From assembly GCF_009914755.1 (NCBI RefSeq), contig NC_060928.1: DNA of 64,000 bases; one strand, written 5' to 3'. Positions 40,829 to 55,622 of the stretch are shown here, in pieces. How positions within the stretch are numbered: position 1 is the first letter of the stretch; each line of letters opens with the position of its first letter. The notes under the pieces are model-generated. The model was not told the origin of the DNA. It searched no databases and saw only the letters and a list, made by a program, of their open reading frames with translations. This stretch comes from the human T2T-CHM13v2.0 reference genome, Homo sapiens. A program made the position numbers and the translations under genes.

Positions 40829-41499
40829 GTTAGGAGGAAAGGACAGGGGAGCTACAGGGGATGGAGGTAAAAAAAAAAAAAAAGCAGAGTTGGGTAGTGG
40901 AGACCCATCCTTAGGGCTCAACCATGTCATTCTGCCAGCACCCAGGTGACATTTCATATATTTGAGGAAGAAAGGGAGGGAGCATGGACTCTCAAAATGT
41001 GAGGAGTCAAAATATGTAGTTCCAACTATGTGAAAGCAGCTTGAAGAACCAGAGCATTGACCTATTCATGATTTTTGCAGAGGCACTCATTTGGATTGGC
41101 CCTCCAAACAGGCTGGTGTAAGAGCCTCTCAGTATCTACACCAAAGCCCATCTCTCTTGTGGTTTTGAAATTCTTTACTTGTTTGCAGTAGCTCCAGTGA
41201 ACCCTCATGAAGTGATAAACATTTAGTTTATTTGTGGAAATGGCCCAGAAGAAAAAGCTGGTATTAGAACCGAAGATGTCTAATGAAGTATATTTTTCTT
41301 AGCCAGAAATTTTGGATAAATGAATGAGTGGAGAAAAGTAAGTGCCTGAGGGCTCAATATTTGTCCTTCAATTACTTTTTAGGTTGTGATTCTTGGTACA
41401 TGCCATATTCTGTTCAGACTACCTCTTCTCTACTAAAAACATGCCTGTGCAGGGGCAGTTCCCACACTAGTAGGAGGTACAGTCTCACACATTTATGCC

Positions 41500-42150
41500 T
41501 TTGTATAAATTAGAGAAAATCCTAATGTTTCATGTTTTGAATAGGGAATATATTCAAATGGATCAAAAATCAAGAAAGTAGAAAAAGGTACACATTGGGA
41601 AGTCTTCCTCTTAGACCAGTCCTGATCACCAAATTTCCCCACTCCCACCCTCTATAGCGAATCACCTTTAAAAGATTCTTCTGTATCTTTCCAGTGTTTC
41701 TTCATGCAAATATAAGAAAATCCAAATATATATTTCTGTTCTCTCCCCTGTTTATTATACAATGTTCTGTACATTGCTTTTTTCAATTGACAGTACATCC
41801 TGGAGATCTCTGAATATCAATATATGAAAAGCTGCCTCATTTTTTAAATAGTTTCATAGTATCCCATTGTGGGAGAGTGCCATAGGTTATATAATCAATT
41901 GTTCCAATCTTTTGTTTTTGCAGACTATGCTACAATTGTAACCATATGCATGTCATGTTTATATCTGTGGGTACACCTATATGACAAATTCCCACACATA
42001 GGATTCCTGTGCCATAGGTCAAGTGTCTGTATTACTTTGATATAAATTGCCAAATTGTCCTCCATAATAATTGTGCTGTCTTGCACTCTCATTAGCAACG
42101 TAGGAGTTCCTATTTCCCCATTGCCTAAACATATTTTTAGATTAGGCATT
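41500..42150 (-). mobile_element. Old L1M (L1ME-like) fragment
   Basis: Degenerate TGTTCTGTACATTGCTTTTTTCA, TTGCCAAATTGTCCTCCA, CACTCTCATTAGCAAC. Confidence 0.6.
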
Positions 42151-44794
42151 TCTCTTTCCTTTGGATTATCTTAAATAGAAAATGTCAGGGAGGAAGTCTT
42201 TTTTTGTTCCTATATGCTAAGATTGCCTATAAAAAAATGGTGAAAAAATAGGAAACTAATTTTGGAAACGTATTGGGTCACTGAATCAAATGCCCAGTGA
42301 TAATTTAATGTGTCATTTACTCTTGCAAAAGTATACATTTTTACCCATAATGAAGAGGACACTAATTCAAGAAAGTATCATAGAAAATTAGATATTTTTT
42401 CTACTCTGAAGCAATCACTGATTGTCAGTGGATTCTATACACTAAATTATTTCAGAATTCATACACCTGAAAATTGTCAAATATATAAACTCTAATTATT
42501 AAATTATTGATATTTAGAAGAAGGATTTGTGAAGCATTTGTGCCAGTTTTTCCCTGTCATTTATATATCAAAAAAGTACTCATAATGGAACCAAATTATT
42601 TCCATCTTCAACTTGAACAGCTTTTTGATATTTCAGGTTGAAACCAAGATAAGCCTGTGCATTGAGTCTGAAGAATTGTACTTTTTCCAAATATTACAGT
42701 TTTGAAAACTAATTTATGAATTGAAGTAGCTAAGTTCCATCCAGTTTCAACTCCCATTTTTTGACACAGATCAGAATGAAAAACCTAGAAGCCAATATCC
42801 AAACTTTACCCCAGACCTTTCCACTGTTCAGGCAGTAGTTGAGGACTGAGACAGACGTTCTGAATGACAACTTTACGGTGACAACTGACTGTTAATGTCA
42901 TGTGATAACATGTCTGTAGCTTTTTTGGAAATAATCTAGGATGATAGAATGGGAGGTATCTCTTCAAAAATATGTATTAGCCTAATTGCTGAAATACTTT
43001 ATATTTTTAGGACTGATATGACTGCTTTTTTTCATTTATTTAGTTTATAACTTCATGTAGTATGAATTCAGCCTGAAATTGACATTTAAATTTTGTACCT
43101 AAATTCGTAGGTTTAGTTTTTTTAAGAAAACAATGGCTTTCCAGTAAATAAAATAATATTTTTACATTTTCTTTTGTTCAGCCTTGAGTTTGTTTTGAGA
43201 GCTTTAGTTTGGATAAAAAAGAGAAATGTCATTTTAAAATTTGGGAGAATTGTAAAACACCATTATATTTTTTCAGATACGTTTTAAAATTTATTTTGTA
43301 CAAAATATTTATAGATATGAGGCTTCACTTTGTTGAATTCATCATACACACACACTTCTTTTTAGCAGAAATTAATAGAAAGCCAATTCTAAATTAATGT
43401 AGGTAATACATAATCTACTCAACTGGATGAATACCTTGGTTGCAAGTCTTGTCCTGAGCGAGCTAAGTGACAAGACTCTCAATCTACTGAGCTTCCAGCA
43501 TCTAGGCAGAGCTCCCAGGACAAGCAGAAGTCACAGGGAACAGGAAGCAGGAAAGAGCAGGAAAAGATCCTTTAGTTCCCATGTGTAGAAACAAATGCTC
43601 AGCTGCCTCTGTATTGAACCATACTGATGCCTGCCACTATATTGTTCATTGTAGATAGAAATCATTATAAGTTGCAGTCGATTAGAAATTGCAACCACCT
43701 CTTTCAAAAAAGTGATTACCAAAATTTTGAAAGGAAGAGAAATACAGATTGTAATTTTTTGCTATACCAGCAAAGAAAATTAAATATTAAAAATATTATA
43801 AAGATGCTTCTGACAAGCTATGTGACCTTCAGAGTTTCGTCGTCAAAACACAGTATTAATCTAGATCAGCGTTTCTCCAAATTTTTGTTCTCAGCACCCC
43901 TTTATACTCGGAAAAATCATTGAGGACACCAAATTTTTCTTCATGTATGTTATATTAATGGATATTTATGATGTTACAAGTTAAAACTGATCATTTTATA
44001 AAAAATATTTATTAATTTTCATGAACATAACCCCATTAAATGTTAACATAAATGATATATTTTTATGAAAAAAATTATATTTTCCAAAACAAAAAAATTA
44101 TTTAGTGAGAAAAAATGGCATTGTTTTACATTTTTACAAATCTGTTTATTTAACGTCTGGCTTAATAGAAGACAGCTAAAACTCATATCAGCTTCTGCAA
44201 TCTGTTGTACTATGTTGTTTTGGTTGAAGCATATGAAAAAACTCTAGCCTCACAAAAAAAAATGTCGTTTAAAAAAGGATGAGGATTTTCATCGTCTTTT
44301 CAGATAATTGCGAATATTCTTTGATACGACATCAAAACTCTCCCATTGGCAGTTCTGTAAAGATTAGTTGCAATGTGTAATGTGAAACCATATTAATGAA
44401 CTTTTCAGACACTACTACATTAAAATATGTTGTCTCTCTTGTACTTTGCATAGATCGTTTACATAAGCATGGTTTTGCAACATCAGATATTGGCCGTTAC
44501 GAATTACTAGTTTACCAATTATAAGGATCTTCTCAATGTTGCCTTATTTAATTACATAATATCAAAAAACTACATTCGTTAATATCACCACCAATCCTTT
44601 GTCACGTGGAATATTAAAAAGACATGTACCTAAGCTCAAGATATATTAAAAATTTGTAATTTCTCTGCTGCTTCAACAGGGATATCTTAAGGGAAACTCA
44701 TGAAACATGATCCATAAGGAAAAAAAATTGGACCTTATCAAAATCAAAAACTTTTACTCTGCAAAAGACCCTGTTAAGAGGATGAAAAGACAAC

Positions 44795-45142
<348 letters not shown>

Positions 45143-45453
45143 TCAAAACTCAATGGTAAAAAAAAATGAATAATCCAAATAGAAAATGGACAAAAGACAT
45201 GTACAGAAATTTTACTGAAGGGTATATGCAGATGACAGATAGGCACATGAAAAGATGTTCAATATCATTAGCCATTAGGGAAATGCAAGTCAAACCGCAG
45301 TGAGATATCACTACACCCTATCTGAATGGCTAAAATGTAAAAAAAAAAAAAAGAGAGAGAGAGAGACAACATCTAATTCTGTCATGGATGAAGAGAAACT
45401 GCTGGTGGAAACGGAATGTAGAGCCACTCTATAAGAGAGTTTGGCAGTTTCTT

Positions 45454-46073
<620 letters not shown>

Positions 46074-46184
46074 GGCAGTTTCTTATAAAACTAAATATGC
46101 AATTACCATAAGACCCAGCAGTTGCACTCTTGAGCATGTATCCCAGAGAAGTGAAAATTTTGTTCATGCAAAAACCTGTACATT

Positions 46185-47353
46185 GCTCTTTCCCTGGGTT
46201 CCCAGTATCCTGGCAGGTTCCTGAATATTTGTCACAGCAATGAGCTAAAGCCCCTGGAAGAGGTGAAGTTGGGAAACTGTGGATTGCCAAGACTCAAGGA
46301 AGGACTGAGGTGTCATTTACTTTGAATGAAGATCTTGCAAATATTCATGATATTGGCCGAAAAGCAGCTTCAGTCAGTGCTCATAAAGAACATCCATTTG
46401 TCTTGCAAAATATTGGAGGCCATATATGAACAATATTTACTGAGAGCTCATCAGATAAGCTGTCTTCGGAAGGAATCGTGGTACAAAGAACTGAATGCCA
46501 ACAGACTGCCAGTGAAAAGTACATGAGATTAAAAAGATTGCAAATAGAGGAATCTTCCAAACCTGTAAGGCTATCACAACAACTGGACAAAGTTGTAACA
46601 GCCAGTTTTGAACCTGTTGCTAATCAATACAATACTGAATGTGAAAGGAAAGAGAAAACAGATGGAAAATAAGCTCCAGCTAATAAACAACACGTTTCAG
46701 ACATGCTATTTTCAGCCTTTAGAAATATCAATATTATCATCTTAAGGACTTGGTGGACATCACAAAACAACCTGTGGTATACCTGAGGGAACTCTTAAAT
46801 TGGTCTTCAGAATGTAAAAGAGATCCACAAAAACACGTGGGAGCTGAAACCAGAGTACAGACATCAGCAAGGAGAAGAAATGAGTGATTAAGATGGCTCC
46901 TAGCCAGCATGTTAGTGAAACAACAGTGATGCTAAGCAAAACGCATTGATACTGGAAGGCTTGAACACCGTATGTTAATGGGGGCTAAGTGGCAATACTT
47001 TCCTTTCTCTCGGTAAATTTTCTAAACCTATAACTGTTGTAAAGTTTCTTCAGTGTTTTTTGAGGAGAAAGAACAAATTTATTTATAGACTTAACTTGTA
47101 TTAAACCAGGCTATTCACAATGGGAATAAGGGTTGGAGGATTAAGAGGATTTCTCTTAAATATTAGCTTTTAGCATGTAAAATTAGGAAATGGTTTTTAA
47201 ATGAGGACTCTCTGCCCTTGCTGTATCTCTGAGGAGCTGAGGTAGTACAGAATCAAAGAGAATAATATAGCAAGAAAAAAACAGTCAACTACAGAAATTC
47301 TTAAAAGGAATAAAAAGCCAAAGTTCCTTATTTTGAGGGGGGAAAAAAAAAAA
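46185..47353 (+). pseudogene. GTF2F2P1: Processed pseudogene of GTF2F2 (TFIIF beta / RAP30)
   Basis: Intronless, translates from 46217 as [46 protein letters not shown]...YMRLKRLQIEESSKPVRLSQQLDKVV...KNTWELKPEYRHQQGEEMSD*, which matches RAP30 from V23 to the end. Stops at 46241, 46427 and 46670 plus later frameshifts; terminal TAA 46889-46891; AATAAA 47309-47314; A-tail; TSD AAAAAC(C)CTGTACATT at 46170-46184 and about 47349-47364. The P1 number is from recollection. Confidence 0.95.
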
Positions 47354-47864
47354 CCCTGTACATTAACACTCACAGTAGTTTCACCTGTAATAGCCAAACC
47401 CTGAAGACAACTCAGATGTTCTTCAATGTGAGTGGTCAAACCAACCATGGTACATCCATACCAGAGACTACTACTCAGCATGAAAGGAAACAAGTCACTG
47501 TTACACACAACCATCTGGGTGAATCTCCGGAGAACCGTGCTAAGTGAAAAAAAGTCAATCTCAAAAGATTGCATACTATATTACTCCATTTATATAACAT
47601 TCTTGAAATGATAGAGTTATAGAGATGGATAACAGATTAATGGTTGCCAGGGGTTGGGAATGGGAAGGGGAGAGAAGGGAAATATGGGTAGAAGAGGACA
47701 TCAAAAGGGATCCTTGCGGTGATAAACCTGTTCTGTATCTTGACTGGTGATAAATACACAAACCTACACATGTTACTCAATTGCATAGAGCTAAATGCAC
47801 ACAAATTAGTATATGTGAAACTGGGGAAATAAAATAATATTGGTAGATTATATCAACATCAAAA

Positions 47865-49335
<1,471 letters not shown>

Positions 49336-49604
49336 CTATTCCTTTTGCAGCATCAGCTTTCTTCCTGCGAATGTGTGATGGTGAAGAGTACAATGACCTT
49401 TAGGTAGTTTGGTGCCACGGTCGTGATTCATGCGAAAGCACCAGCAGTTTACCTACCATTGCTTTTGTACTAACAGTGCAAATGTCAACCAGTGAAAAAA
49501 GGCAGTAATCTCTGAGTGTTATTTTGATTTTGCAGACCTCAAGGAAGGTTCCCAGGGTTCCCCAGTGGTCTGCATACAACACTGAGAGAACCAGTGATCT
49601 AGAT

Positions 49605-50134
49605 CAGGGGTCCTCAACCCCCAGGCTGCAGACTAGTACCAGTTCATGGCCTGTTAGGAATCAGCCACACAGCAGGAGGTGAGTGGCAGGCAAGCAGTGA
49701 AGCTTCCTCTGTATTTACAGCTGCTCCCCATCACTCGCATTACCTCATGAGCTTTGCCTCCTGTCAGATCAGCAGCAGCATCAGATTCTCAAAGGAGTAT
49801 GAACCCTTTTGTGAACTGCACACACAAGGGATCTAGATTGTGCATTCCTTATGAGAATCTAACGCCTAATGATCTGTCACTGTCTCCCATTAACCCTAGA
49901 TGGGACCATCTAGTTGCAGGAAAACAAGCTGAGGGCTCCCACTGATTTTACATTATGGTGAGTTGTATAATTATTTTATTATATATTGCAATGTAATCAT
50001 AATAGAAATAAAGTGCACAATAAATGTAATATGCTTGAGTCATCCCAAAACCATCCTGCCCCCGCTGCCAGGTCCATGTAAAAATTGTCTTCCACAAAAC
50101 GAGTCCCTGGTACCAAAAAGGTTGGGGACCGCTG
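49605..50134. mobile_element. MER1A hAT-Charlie element
   Basis: Termini CAGGGGTCCTCAACC ... GGTTGGGGACCGCTG, 530 bp, internal GGCCTGTTAGGAA and ATAGAAATAAAGTGCACAATAAATGTAAT; TSD ATCTAGAT on both sides. Confidence 0.92.
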
Positions 50135-53100
50135 ATCTAGATGGTCTCTAAGCTCCCATCCAAGTGTAAAATGCTATAATTTTTAAAACCTAAGATGAAC
50201 AGTGTTGATCAGATTTGACTTTACAACATTTACTTAAATGGCTGGTTTTCTTGGCAGTCAATATTTCTTAGGCAATTGCTGCATGTGGAACAATGTATCT
50301 AGTCCTTTGAGAGAGATGGAAAGGAAATAGAACACTGGTCCTAATCTCAAGAAAATGGCAAAAGAAGGCTCTCTGGGTTTGCAGGTGTCTAGGAAAGGAA
50401 CCCAGTGTCACTGTAGGCTGATTGTATTAGACCTCAAATTTGTATATTTTTTGTTCTACTAAAAATAAACAAAATGCTTATAGTAGAGATACAACATATA
50501 TCAAACTTCAAGACTAGAAGTAAAACTAGGTTAAAATCTATCATTCTAGGCTAGTACAACCTAATGTTATCTCATTTCCAAATGACCATAAGACATAAAG
50601 TAACATCAAACTAATTTTTACAACTTTTTCAAGTAGCTTTAATTTTACATTATTGTTTATAACAGACCCGTGGTTGGAAGCTTAAAATCTCCACTTAACT
50701 GATATTTTTTCTACATTTTATATGTAATTCAAATTATGTATACAATATGATGCTTACAGCTCACTGGGCAAATTTACTATACATTTTAGCTTTTCCTTTG
50801 AGAGTAATGAAATAGTGTTCATATATTCAAGGCAAATAAATAGTCTCAAGGCTTCAATATGTGGGATTCTCCAAGTTCTGACATCCTTAATCTTTTTAGG
50901 TAGAAAAAAAGGGACTGAAGCACTCTTTCACGGGAAGAATGAAAAGAAATTGAGAAAGCAAAATTAATCATATACAGTACAGGGAAGGGTGCAGGTTAGC
51001 TTAGAGATAAATGGAGTTAATAATAGTTTCAGATAAACTAGTTACAGACTAGAGTTCTGATATGAAAATAATGTACAATTTCAGAGCTGGTAGAGAATTC
51101 AGAGAGTATCTAGTTCTAGCCTAACATTTCTTGTTTGGCAGAGGAGGGAGCTAAATCTTCTAGATTTTTGACAGAGCTAGACTGGAAGCCAGCATTTCTA
51201 ACTTCTCCTTTAGTATGTTCCATCCTTCCATCTCTGCATTCAATAGAACTTTTGTGGTTTTAATACTCTCGACACCACAAATTGCATTTCCCTAGAAGAC
51301 AGCCTGGCTTCTAAAACTTTATAGTGAATTATTAAAATGTATGCCATTCTTATCTGAAGTTTCATAATATGATTAGTAAGCCAGCCATCCTGACTTTGTC
51401 TTCTATTTTGCTTAATGCCTCAATTATGAGTAATTGTGAAGTTTTATTTTCTAATGAATTTCTGTTGTTAAATATTCAAAATCACCTCAATCTTATTTAC
51501 TATCAAGTCAGTGAGAGCATCAACTTTATTCTACTTTATTCTTTTTTTCCCGAAACACACATATGGTATTATTTTGCTCATGCTGCATACCATATCTTTT
51601 TTGGCTCATTTTTTCCATCTACACTCAGGATAATTGTGACCACATGACACATTTTACAATAAAGAACTTAAGTTTCTTCAGAACTTATACATTAGATCAT
51701 TAAATCAGCTGCATACTTTCAAATATGCCATTTGTTTTCCCTTTTTCCTATTCATCATCACCTACATCACTGATAAGATTTTGGGATCCACTACCTAAAT
51801 CTGTATGTGGGGATCTCTGCTATTCTGTTTTATCTTGTTTTGTTCTGCTTTGGTTTTGCCTGCCTGTTTCTTTTAAATAGGCACTAGCATGTCTGACCAT
51901 AGAGACTGATGATTAAAATCAACTATAAAACTTTTCCATTAGGTTTTGGGACTTATTGTCTGTCCGGGTCAAAGCACCCCATTTCTATGATGGGAGCTCT
52001 GACCCAGACACACAATAAGGCCCAAAACTGTGCTTGTATGTTTTTATGACAAGATGTAGGGCTCCACTCACAACACATGGAAAATCTTTTCTCCATTCCA
52101 TGAAAACCAGGGTCTTTCTTTCTAGCATGAATCTCCTCTCCATTATGAATTAAACCTTAAAGTATTGACACACACAATCAGCACAAACCTTGCAATTTCA
52201 ATATTGAGGCTCTCTAATTTTTCTTCTCTAAAGTTCCATTCTTCTCTATCCAATGATCCTTTGGTCATATGCTTACAAAATAAGTAAAAGCCTCAAGTCC
52301 CTCACTTTTGGATTGGTACTCTTACAGCAAAGAGAGTTATTAAAAAGAGATATTCCTCTTGATTCCCAGGCTTCAGGTGACTGAGATTCTCAGGGGTGAT
52401 AAGCCCATATCTTGGGTGAATAATCTATCCTCAAAGGAAAAAATCTTCATGGCTCTGGAACTCTGGCTTTAAAAAGTTCTCTTTCTCCTTGTTTCCTCTC
52501 ATCCACCTTGTTGTTATTAACATCTATGTATTTCAGATTCTAAAAAGTGAAGACCTCAACAGAGACTGAAACACCGAATATTCAGTAGTGAAAGATGTGG
52601 TTAGTGAGTAGCAACAATTCCATCTCTTTCCATCTAAATGCAGTTTAGCAAGAAGCAGTTCCTCAGAATCCATCTCCTACGGGAACTAACATTTATGATT
52701 TGCTATAGATCAGGCCCTGCTGTAAGTGCTTTTCATGTATGAACCCATTTAATACATCAACCATATGCATGGGCACTCTCTTTATCTGCAGTTTTCCATG
52801 AGGAACAGTTAACATGTCTAAGTCACGCCAGGGGACAAAGTCACCCGAGCCTGTTCTCTTTACTGTTAGGTCACACCACCCTCTTCTTCTGTGGAGCTCC
52901 CAGGGAAGATTGCTTAGAGCTTCTTGAGAAGCTGTTATTTCTGCTTATCTTCTGGTGGGGTCTTTTGTTCTTGTGTGGCCTGCCACCACCCTGCACCTGG
53001 TGACCTGGACCATGGGTGACCATAACCATGAACCATCAATAGTTATGGCTCACACTTCCATATTCTGACTTCTGCCAAGCCCTTCCTCTGGATTCTCTCT

Positions 53101-54199
53101 TCGCTGGCCCACAGTAATCCTCTGTGGTAGCTACCAGAACGATCTTCATTTTATAGAAGAGAAAACTAACAGGCACAAAGGTTAACGAGCATGCCAATGT
53201 CAAAAGATCAGGAAGACAGCAGAGCTTGGGGTCAGTCTGCCCCCAAGGAATCCAGCTTCAGGGCCCACGCTCTGAGCTACTATGCCAAGCCAGCTGCCTT
53301 GATTACAAGGAGGGCTTCTCCATCCCCCCAGCTCAGGGAGGGCACCTAAGGCCAGAGTCAAAACCATTTATGGAATTTCTGCTCTACTCTGCATTTGTCA
53401 TACATCCTGAATTCTTGGACTGGTCAGGAGGCAAGAAAAGCCTGTTCAAAGGAAAAAGTGTATGGATAGGGGATAGGGAGAGGCCATAGCTTTTATGACA
53501 TTTGTATGAATGCTCTGTCTCAATCCTGAAGCAATTAATGCATAACAGAAGAACAAAATCTATTCTTGGTCACACACAGTGACTTATTTCGTAGTATCTG
53601 CAGTGGCCAGAGAGCACGTTCTCATAAATGGCCTGTCCTGGGCATCACAATCTTTATAATCATCTCAGTCTGTGCTGTTGGAAGATGTTTTTGTTTGCTA
53701 CTGAGTCAACTATGTACCAACTTTTACATCCCAGTCCCTTCCCCAGAAAGAAAGAAAAACCTCAGAACCTCAGTTTTTAAAGCCTGATACCTGGTCAGTC
53801 ATGTCCAATTCTAAGCGACCCTATAATAATTCATATTGAAGGGAAGAGAAGGTTTTCCTTGCTTTGAGGTTTGCAGCTATTACAGACTGTATTTGTAAAT
53901 CCCTCATTCCTGTCTAGGACAAACAGGAGATGAAGGAGAGGAGAAGAACCCTTCGGCCTCACAGGATGGGGTGAGAGGAAAATCAGCACAAAGAAAAATA
54001 TGCCACTAGTTTTATTTGTACCATTTTAAGATGCCATGACAACAACAAAAATAATGTACAAGTAATAGGATTAAGTAGCAGGGGATATTAACATCTGGAA
54101 TGGATAAAGAGGCATAAGTTCGTTTATATTTTCATGGTTGTGCATAAATGGTACGTTTCAGTTTACGATTACAAATTATAGCAATTCAAAATAACGTTT

Positions 54200-54420
54200 G
54201 TGTGTTATATGTTCAGTTTGCAGAATTCTTTCATATGCATTAACCCATTTGAGCACCCCAAATGAGCATCATATCCTTGTGGCAGGTATGAGAACTACCC
54301 CCATTTAACAAATACAGAAACACAGACTTACAACGGGGAACTGGCTTACCCAAGGTCACACAGTTAGCAACAGGTCAATCTCGTACTTGAACCTAAATCT
54401 TATAGGTTCACAACCCATCC
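54200..54420 (-). mobile_element. MIR SINE (further MIR remnants near 23430, 35200, 52700, 53100 and 62700)
   Basis: CCCCATTTAACAAATACAGAAAC...GGCTTACCCAAGGTCACACAGTTAG...CTTGAACCTA. Confidence 0.7.
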
Positions 54421-54584
54421 TGAATATAGGGGAGAACAGCCTTATTTTGTAGTGCTAAGCTGGTGAGGCCTGGGGCAGTAGAACATCTGTTATTGTACTG
54501 TGACTTTATGTGCTGATGTCTTTAGGGACTATTGTCTTTGGGTGAGAGTGTAAGGGGATGCAGGCTACATGGCCCCAACACGAT

Positions 54585-54918
<334 letters not shown>

Positions 54919-55002
54919 TGACTATATTTTATACCTTTTTCTGCTCCTCCTGTTCCATTTGACTGTCAGCTGTCATTTTTGCTGACCATGGCACCTCTAG
55001 AG

Positions 55003-55190
55003 CAGTGATCCTCAAAGTATGGTTGGTGAGCCAGCAGCATCAGCATCACCTGAGAACTTGCTAGAAATGCAAATTCTCAGGCCCTGCCCCAGACCTACTG
55101 AATCAGGAACTCTGGGGATGGGGCCCAGCCATCTGTGTTTCAATGAGCCCTCCAGGTGATTCTGCAGCTGCTAAGTCTTGGGAGCTGCTG
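55003..55190. mobile_element. MER5A hAT MITE
   Basis: CAGTGATCCTCAAAGT...CAGCAGCATCAGCATCACCTGAGAACTTGCTAGAAATGCAAATTCTCAGGCCC...CCCTCCAGGTGATTCTG. Confidence 0.9.
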
Positions 55191-55198
55191 CTCCACAG

Positions 55199-55622
55199 CA
55201 ACTATTCACAACCTTGGCTGTCCTTGGGAATCCCCTGGGACCCTTAAAGACTACTAATGCTTATGTCCCAACTCCAAAGATTCTAATTTTGTTGGTCTAG
55301 GACACAGTTTTTTAACCTCAGCACCAGTGATATTTGGGTGGGGGGATGATTATTTGTTGGGGTTGTCTGTCCTGTACATTGCAAAATGTTTAGCAGCATC
55401 CCAAGCCTCTACCCCTAGATGCGAGTAGCACACCCACCCCCAGCTGTAATAACTAAAAATATCTCAGACATTGCCAAGTGTTCCCTGTGGTGGTGGGGGG
55501 AAGGGGGATGGCAAAATTGTCCCCTGGTTGATAAGCACTGGCCTAGGGTGATGGCCAAGGCACTGGGATATGGAAGAGCTCCCAAAATCATTCTAATATA
55601 CAGGCAACACTGAGAACTATGC
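55199..55622. mobile_element. MER5A1/MER5B-like MITE interrupted by MER20 (55303-55540)
   Basis: AACCTTGGCTG...GATTCTAATTTTGTTGGTCTAGG | MER20 (TGTCCTGTACATTGCAAAATGTTTAGCAGCATCCC, CAGACATTGCCAAGTG, GGCAAAATTGTCCCCTGGTTGATAAGCACTG) | CCTAGGG...ATTCTAAT...TGAGAAC; MER20 TSD GTCTAGGA/GCCTAGGG. Confidence 0.8.

Noticed and set aside
46478-46672. 64-aa RAP30-like ORF as a functional retrogene
   Set aside because: Begins at GTG, is bounded by premature stops, and the rest of the copy has further stops and frameshifts.
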